Virus record (IMG/VR): IMGVR_UViG_3300045256_000415
From: an uncultured virus (IMG/VR IMGVR_UViG_3300045256_000415)
Taxonomy: Duplodnaviria > Heunggongvirae > Uroviricota > Caudoviricetes
DNA length: 64,000 bases
Direction: 5' to 3' (one strand)
Below are positions 58,203 to 64,000 of the stretch, one piece after another; position 1 is the first letter of the stretch, and each line of letters starts with the position of its first letter. Below the pieces are notes generated by a model, which was not told the origin of the DNA, did no database searches, and saw only the letters and a program-made list of their open reading frames with translations. Both the position numbers and the translations under genes were made by a program.

Positions 58203-58380
58203 ACCAACCTGCCTACAGATCGAAGCCTACCTCGACCAGACGTTCTTCCGTCTCCGATCTTACGTAGGTCCCATGGAACGGGAACGGCGGTCGGAGATCA
58301 CAGTCGATCTGCAGGAGCCAGACAGCTTGACTAAAGCCAAGGAATGGTTGGAAGGTCTGATCGCCGAACTGATCTACTAA
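58153..58380 (+). CDS. Small protein of the [LY]x[DE]P family
   Basis: TVDLQEPDSLTKAKEWL; AAGGA SD. Confidence 0.6.
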   Translation: MTANDILQELLAELPPKPTCLQIEAYLDQTFFRLRSYVGPMERERRSEITVDLQEPDSLTKAKEWLEGLIAELIY

Positions 58381-59753
58381 CCCATGTAGAACGGCGAGAA
58401 AATAACCACTTCACCGGCTCCACGCTCTTTCACGAGGGCGTGGAGCATCTGCATTGTCGAAGAATTATCCACGTTATCATCGACGATCAAGACCCGCTTC
58501 CCCTTCACGTCGTCGAGTCCTTCCCCACTATACAACTGCATGTACTGCTTGTAGTCGTCCATCTGCAGGGCCTTAATCGGTGGCTTCTTGTCTTGGTACG
58601 GCCCCAGCCCGGCGTCAAGGAACCCAATCTTGCTCTGCACCCAATAGTCGGCCCAACGCGGGTCCAGCGGCGTCAGGGATTCGCCGGGATCCACTGCCGG
58701 CAGCGTCTTCGCGTCCATGGTGCGGGTTTCTTGCTGAGCCTTGGCGATCCGTTCCGGTGTGAAGACCATGTTCTTGAGGTACTTGCCAGTCTGCACAGCC
58801 TCGTCGTGGTACTGCCACGCCCGCTCGTAGAGCGAACGAAAGTCGATAGCCACGTCCCGACCCAACAACTTATTCAAGGTCACTACCGGCGTCCCGGCCC
58901 CGCCCCTAGCCTTGAGAAGCCCAATCAGCTTACCGTTGAAGTCCGATGAAGACTCCGGGGCGACAATGAAGTCGAAAGGCTGAGGAAATAGACGAACGAA
59001 GTTGTTGACGGCCCGTTCCAGGACCTGACGCGACATCTCCTGTTCGCCAGCCGCGGTAGGATTCTTGATCTTCTTGGCCAAAGACTCCTTAGCATAATCC
59101 AGGATCTCACCAGAAAACTTGCCACGATCAAGCTCAGCATCCCGCAGCAGTGCCCTGGTAAGACCGGCCACCCGCCCGACCTTAAGCTTGGTCATCGCGT
59201 CAAGGTACGATGGCAATAGCGTCTTCAACTCCTGGAGTGCTGGCCAGTGCTCCTGAAACTCCGGATCACCCAGGTAGTTCTTATCCATCGTCTTGATGAT
59301 GCCGCGTAGATCTTTCCGGGTGAACTGGCCGGCATCGTCGAAGATCTTCCCCAGCATCTTCTGGACACGCTCGGCGTCGTCCTTACTGATGTTGATAGAA
59401 GGGAACTGAGACTCCACTTCTGGGCCGCGGTAAGATTCTCTCGGCACAACCGAGAAGGCGTAGTAAATCTTGGCCCCGCGGAAGCTAGCCCTGGCGTATG
59501 GCGAATCGGGCAGAACCGGTAATTGAGTTACACTGTTGAGTGGGTTGAGGTGAACAAGATCTTCGGGACTGTCCTCATCACGATACTGGTACGGGCGGTT
59601 CATGAAAAGGTCTACGAGCCCACCCGAACCCCTAGCACCACCGTGCTGGCCTTTACCGGTGGCAGCTTTCTTACGGGCGGCCTCGATCCCCGCTGGGTCG
59701 AGGCCGGTTGTATTGCCGAAGAAGATGCCTTCACGGATAGTACGTAGTCGCAT
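58377..59753 (-). CDS. Type I phosphoribosyltransferase-fold protein with large insertions
   Basis: FDFIVAPESSSDFN; KRVLIVDDNVDNSSTM PRPP-binding loop; MRLRTIRE N-terminus; GGAGG SD. Confidence 0.75.
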   Translation of the reverse strand: MRLRTIREGIFFGNTTGLDPAGIEAARKKAATGKGQHGGARGSGGLVDLFMNRPYQYRDEDSPEDLVHLNPLNSVTQLPVLPDSPYARASFRGAKIYYAFSVVPRESYRGPEVESQFPSINISKDDAERVQKMLGKIFDDAGQFTRKDLRGIIKTMDKNYLGDPEFQEHWPALQELKTLLPSYLDAMTKLKVGRVAGLTRALLRDAELDRGKFSGEILDYAKESLAKKIKNPTAAGEQEMSRQVLERAVNNFVRLFPQPFDFIVAPESSSDFNGKLIGLLKARGGAGTPVVTLNKLLGRDVAIDFRSLYERAWQYHDEAVQTGKYLKNMVFTPERIAKAQQETRTMDAKTLPAVDPGESLTPLDPRWADYWVQSKIGFLDAGLGPYQDKKPPIKALQMDDYKQYMQLYSGEGLDDVKGKRVLIVDDNVDNSSTMQMLHALVKERGAGEVVIFSPFYMG

Positions 59754-59782
59754 GTGGGGTGCCTCCTCCACCTATATTTGGC

Positions 59783-60535
59783 CTACCCCACCGCCTTCGC
59801 CACGAACATCACATCCCGGTCCAGGTCCTCGATCGGCCGATAGGCGTGACCCGGCCGTCCGAATCGGAACAACTGGAATCCCGTCATCTCCAACAGGAGC
59901 TTGACCTCATTCGGGAAGAAATACCGCTGGGTGTGCCACTCCTCCCGCGTCTCCAGTTTCCCCTCAGTCGGCACCCACCACTTGTAATGGCAGGTGACGG
60001 TGCTTTTCTCGGCACACAACTTCGGGGTCATGCTCCGAAGGATGTGGGTGCCGTTGTAAGAAATCTCGCGGAGCCGCGGAGCCGGCTTCTCCAGAAGAAT
60101 AGCCGGGCCGTACCAGACGTCAAACACGAACATACCACCCGGCCGGAGGTGGCTGCGGACGTTGCGGAGGGTGGCGATAACCTCCTCGTTGGCGTGCTGG
60201 TAGCCCAGGACCGCCGACATCATCGCCACCACATCGAACTGCTGGTCGAGGTTGAACGTCCGGGCGTTGCCCTGTTGAAACTTGACCTCTGGCACCTTCT
60301 GGCGGGCGATCGCCAGCATCTCATCAGAAAGGTCCACGCCGACGACGTTGAAGTCCTTCTTGAAGTATTGACTGTGGTTGCCAGTACCGCACCCCAGGTC
60401 CAGCAGGTCGGCCTTCCCGGACTTCTGCACAAGCTCAGCCGCAAGCTCCGAGACAGCACGGGCCTCGGCCAAGAACTGCTGGTCCTTGTATAGAGCGTCA
60501 TAGATGGCTGCGTAGTCCTTGCCGAACAGATTCAT
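59783..60535 (-). CDS. Class I SAM-dependent methyltransferase
   Basis: YDALY, LLDLGCGTGNH, GVDLS, HLRPGGMFVFD. Confidence 0.92.
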   Translation of the reverse strand: MNLFGKDYAAIYDALYKDQQFLAEARAVSELAAELVQKSGKADLLDLGCGTGNHSQYFKKDFNVVGVDLSDEMLAIARQKVPEVKFQQGNARTFNLDQQFDVVAMMSAVLGYQHANEEVIATLRNVRSHLRPGGMFVFDVWYGPAILLEKPAPRLREISYNGTHILRSMTPKLCAEKSTVTCHYKWWVPTEGKLETREEWHTQRYFFPNEVKLLLEMTGFQLFRFGRPGHAYRPIEDLDRDVMFVAKAVG

Positions 60536-61620
60536 AGGATCTCCAGGAGTGTGGTTGCGACCGTTCGAATCTGCTCTTCAGTGAGAGCTACGCCGGATGG
60601 CAGATACAAGCCATTCCGGGACAACCGATCCGTTACCGGGAAGTTGTCACCATCGACCAGGATATCGGGTTGCTCGTGGAGCCCGATGAAAAATGGCCGT
60701 GTCTCGATCCCCTTCTCACGGAGGGCCTTGATGACCGGCTTGGCGGGCCTGTCCAGGACAATACCGTACATCCAGTAGACGTTGGTCGCCCATTCTCGTT
60801 CAACCGGCCGCTGAATCGACGGGTGGTCCAGTAGCTGATGATACAGCTTGGCTATCTTCCGCTTAGCCTTGATATTCTGATCCAGCCGCTTGATCTGAGC
60901 CACACCAACCGCCGCTTGCAGATCGGTCATGCGGTAGTTGTGACCGAGAGCGGTATGTCGGAATCGGTCATCACCCTTTCCGAAGCATAGGTTGCGGAAA
61001 GAACGGAGATGGTCAGCCCAATAATCGGCATCGGTTAGGATCATCCCACCTTCGCCTGTGGTCACCAACTTATTGGAGTAGAAGCTGAAGCAGGACATGT
61101 GCCCGGCACTACCGGCCTTCCCGCGGCCATCCCATCGTTGGTATTCGCCGCCGTGAGCTTGGGCCGCGTCCTCAATGACGTACAACCCTTCGCTCTCGGC
61201 ATACTGCATCAGACTTTCCATATCCACCGGGTGCCCGTACATGTGCACCGGCATGATGGCTCTGGTCTTGTTAGTTCGGACCTGGGAGAGTTGCTCCAGA
61301 TCCATACACCAAGTATCTGGGTCCACGTCCACGAGAACGGGCTGGAGTTTGTTGCGAATGGCGGCTAGGGCACAAGAGATGATGGTGAACGAGGGCATAA
61401 TGATCTCGCTGCCCGGCGGTAGCTCCAGGGCAGCGACGGCGAGTTCGAGGGCGACGGTGCCATTGGCGACGGCGACTCCGTACCGCTTGCCGCAGTAGTC
61501 GGCCCATTGCTGCTCGAATTCCTGAACGTAACGACCGGCTGCGATCCAATTGTCCTCTACGCATTTGCGGAGGTTCTGCCATTCCTCATCGCCTATGAGG
61601 GGTTCGCATACCGGAATCAT
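60532..61620 (-). CDS. DegT/DnrJ/EryC1/StrS sugar aminotransferase (perosamine synthase-like)
   Basis: NGTVALELA, VHMYGHP, IEDAAQAHG, FSFYSNKLVTTGEGG, GHNYRM, GLYLPS. Confidence 0.95.
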   Translation of the reverse strand: MIPVCEPLIGDEEWQNLRKCVEDNWIAAGRYVQEFEQQWADYCGKRYGVAVANGTVALELAVAALELPPGSEIIMPSFTIISCALAAIRNKLQPVLVDVDPDTWCMDLEQLSQVRTNKTRAIMPVHMYGHPVDMESLMQYAESEGLYVIEDAAQAHGGEYQRWDGRGKAGSAGHMSCFSFYSNKLVTTGEGGMILTDADYWADHLRSFRNLCFGKGDDRFRHTALGHNYRMTDLQAAVGVAQIKRLDQNIKAKRKIAKLYHQLLDHPSIQRPVEREWATNVYWMYGIVLDRPAKPVIKALREKGIETRPFFIGLHEQPDILVDGDNFPVTDRLSRNGLYLPSGVALTEEQIRTVATTLLEIL

Positions 61621-62015
61621 CAGAACCGCTCCTTTTCAGCCACACCGGAGTAGGGGCCTTGCTTCACTTCAAGCATTACGGTATCTTCTTCCATGCGGAA
61701 ACCGTGGCCACCGGCAACAATGATGATGAGGTCGCCTTCCTTAAGTTCCCGACTGGCGATGAGTGTCTTGTCATCGTCGTAGAAGTCCACGTAGCACTTC
61801 CCTTTAAGAATGAGAAGGACTTCTGTGGTGCCGGTTAGTTCACGCTTGACAGGGTTGTGGAAGTGCCTGGGGACTTCACCGCCAGCTGGGTAGACGATAT
61901 AGCCTACCTGCTGGCCGACCTCATCAGAAGTAATGAACGTAGTCTTGTTGGGAAGCGGGGCCTTAGGCACAATATAGGCCAGGGTCCGACACTTGTAGTC
62001 CACTTGCTGGTACAC
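61620..62015 (-). CDS. Cupin-fold protein of sugar-nucleotide clusters
   Basis: HFH..TEVL..G..GGHGF..EVKQGPY. Confidence 0.85.
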   Translation of the reverse strand: MYQQVDYKCRTLAYIVPKAPLPNKTTFITSDEVGQQVGYIVYPAGGEVPRHFHNPVKRELTGTTEVLLILKGKCYVDFYDDDKTLIASRELKEGDLIIIVAGGHGFRMEEDTVMLEVKQGPYSGVAEKERF

Positions 62016-62016
62016 G

Positions 62017-62721
62017 TTATCTCTCGTGTGATGGTGGGATATGCTGGCCCTCTCGCGGGTGGTAGATGGCCAGAAGCGGGTCCACCCAGATTTGAAAGCC
62101 TAGTTCCTTGATATTCTGGCAGAGGCTGCGAACCTCTTCGTTGCCACAACGAGCCCCCTTCGCCAGAACTTCGTATTTCATGAAGGCACATCCCACCCCA
62201 TCCACCTCGAACAGTTGGTTGTTCTTGTAGCAGCGATGGTAAGGAGAGCGATTGATGAAATTGATACCGTCTTTGTGGTAAGCCCACGAATCCCGGAAAA
62301 AGACGCTTTTCTCGAAGTAGAGCATCGGCGAGATGACATGCTTGTCCCGAAGGATCATTTTCGAGATCACATCCGGACCCACTGTGATGTCAGAATCTAA
62401 AATCCAGGTGTAGTGGGCCTTCTCCATGACGGCGATATCGAGTGCCCGGTTCCAGAGTTGAGCAAGAGCTTGGAGCCGGCCAGGTTCGGCAAAGCTGCCG
62501 ATTTTTGGGGTGCCTTGGTCGATCTTCTCGACGATGGTTCGGAAGCCGTTGACCTTTTTCAGTTGCTCGTAGGTGTCATCCTTACTGTCGCCCTCTATAC
62601 AAATGTGCAAAACCTGCTTCCTGTCCAGTTGCCAGCGCGCCCTTTCGATAAAGGTACGGCGGACATCTGCTGCGTTGTCCCGAAACAGGCTACAGATAGC
62701 GACTTTATTCATGATGACCAT
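62017..62721 (-). CDS. GT-A fold glycosyltransferase-like protein
   Basis: EGDSKDDT, LAQLWN, WILDSD (DxD), EVDGVG, IYHP. Confidence 0.75.
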   Translation of the reverse strand: MVIMNKVAICSLFRDNAADVRRTFIERARWQLDRKQVLHICIEGDSKDDTYEQLKKVNGFRTIVEKIDQGTPKIGSFAEPGRLQALAQLWNRALDIAVMEKAHYTWILDSDITVGPDVISKMILRDKHVISPMLYFEKSVFFRDSWAYHKDGINFINRSPYHRCYKNNQLFEVDGVGCAFMKYEVLAKGARCGNEEVRSLCQNIKELGFQIWVDPLLAIYHPREGQHIPPSHER

Positions 62722-62961
62722 ACGTACCTAGCCATCACGAAGAGTGTGAAATGACAACTTTCGAACGGCTGCAGCAGATCATCGAAGAGTGCGTGGGCGC
62801 GGACATCAATGACACCCAGAGCCCGGAACAGGTGGGTCTGGACTCATTGCAAACTGCGGAGCTGTTTAGACTCATCCAACTTCGCACCGATCACCTTGAC
62901 CCAACTCCCGAAAGATGACTCGTAGACGATCTCCGTGTACGGCAGATCGACCTTGAACTCA

Positions 62962-63297
62962 TCACTCAAGTCGACAAATCATCGCTTTGAGCGTCCTAAA
63001 TAGGCTCCATTCCTCTTCCATCTTCAAAAGCAGTCCAGTAATAGAGTTCGGGTCCTCTAAGTACCATCGTGCGACTTGAGATCGTTCGGAAGGACCGTCG
63101 ATTCGCCACAACTGCAACAGGCCATCTTCATAGTAGATGTGAAACTTCGGAAGAGAATCAAACCATGTCACACTAAATTCAACAATCAGATACAGGATAC
63201 GGCCCTGTACTCGACGGATATGCAATTCCTCGTCCTCCACGATCTTGTCGCGGAAATGGTCATAGATTTTCTGCTCCAGTGCTGGAATGAGGTCCAT
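62962..63297 (-). CDS. Small protein of the [LY]xDP family
   Basis: RWYLEDPNSITGLL; start MDLIPA. Confidence 0.55.
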   Translation of the reverse strand: MDLIPALEQKIYDHFRDKIVEDEELHIRRVQGRILYLIVEFSVTWFDSLPKFHIYYEDGLLQLWRIDGPSERSQVARWYLEDPNSITGLLLKMEEEWSLFRTLKAMICRLE

Positions 63298-63310
63298 GTG
63301 TTTATAAACC

Positions 63311-64000
63311 ATGAACAAGCTTATCATCTATCACAGCAACTGCGGAGATGGATTCTGCTCCGCATGGCTCTGCCACTTGGTATGGCCAGACGCCGAATTC
63401 GTCGCCGCTAATTACGGCTGGGAACCACCAGACGTACACGGCAAGGACGTGCTGATCGTGGACTTCTCCTACGATCGTAAAGTCCTGGAGAAGATGGCTA
63501 AGGAAGCCGCAACCATTAAGGTCCTGGATCACCACGAGACAGCCCGCAACAACCTCGAAGGGTTGAGCTTCTGCGTCTTCGATATGTCCAAGTCGGGTGC
63601 CCATCTAACATGGGATTACCTAATCGCTGAGGGGCTGCTCCGTCCACACGAACACTGGCCGGCCCTCGGCCCTAACTACTTCGCCCCGGTCAAGGGCGAA
63701 CCCAAGCTTCACTGGCTGGTAGCCTACGTCGAAGACTACGACCTGCAGAACGAGGCTCTACCGAACTACGACGAAATCTGCACGGCCATCCGTAACCACG
63801 ACTTTACCTTCGAGGCGTATGACGCACTGGCGAAACGGTCGCCGGAGTCACTGGTGGAAGAAGGACGACCGGTATCACGCTATCAGAACTGGTTGATCGA
63901 TCATCACGTCAAGTACGCCGTGGTGGTCGAGATTAATGGCGTGAAGGGTATCGGTAGCCAATGCTCGATGAACAAGTTATGGACGAAAGTAGGGCGTGGG
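63311..64000 (+). CDS. DHH-family phosphoesterase (runs off window end)
   Basis: Manual translation: MNKLIIYHSNCGDGFCSAW..VLIVDFSY..VLDHHET..FDMSKSGAHLTW..YVEDYDL. Confidence 0.9.
   Translation, partial: MNKLIIYHSNCGDGFCSAWLCHLVWPDAEFVAANYGWEPPDVHGKDVLIVDFSYDRKVLEKMAKEAATIKVLDHHETARNNLEGLSFCVFDMSKSGAHLTWDYLIAEGLLRPHEHWPALGPNYFAPVKGEPKLHWLVAYVEDYDLQNEALPNYDEICTAIRNHDFTFEAYDALAKRSPESLVEEGRPVSRYQNWLIDHHVKYAVVVEINGVKGIGSQCSMNKLWTKVGRG

Overview
Gene-dense, GC-rich 64 kb segment that reads like a large (jumbo, T4-like-headed) bacteriophage genome. All family calls are from motif recognition by eye; no database search was run. It holds putative virion/structural genes (a fibre-like paralogue trio with collagen repeats and an 85-codon polyproline tract, a gp2-like DNA end protector, low-complexity internal-head-like proteins) and a highly expanded sigma70-like protein. 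Nucleotide/repair genes are dut, tmk, rarA, NADAR, DHH and a PLD-like nuclease. There is also a MoxR AAA + vWA/HExxH peptidase pair, two sugar-modification clusters, two LAGLIDADG inteins, many free-standing endonucleases (three fused to Mom-like GNAT domains) and one non-canonical tRNA-Ile(UAU). Best leads: (1) a sigma70-like factor and a PRTase-fold protein carrying the same upstream motif and xxE-type termini as head proteins, possibly virion-packaged; (2) nuclease-Mom fusion genes with their own near-consensus sigma70 promoters; (3) about a dozen hollowed-out genes keeping only N- and C-termini; (4) a dispersed small-protein family with a shared [LY]x[DEH]P motif; (5) two recurring upstream motifs, CAAANATA and CGTATT; (6) a stand-alone PilC/GspF N-terminal-like protein. 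No cas genes, rRNA or true CRISPR array were seen.
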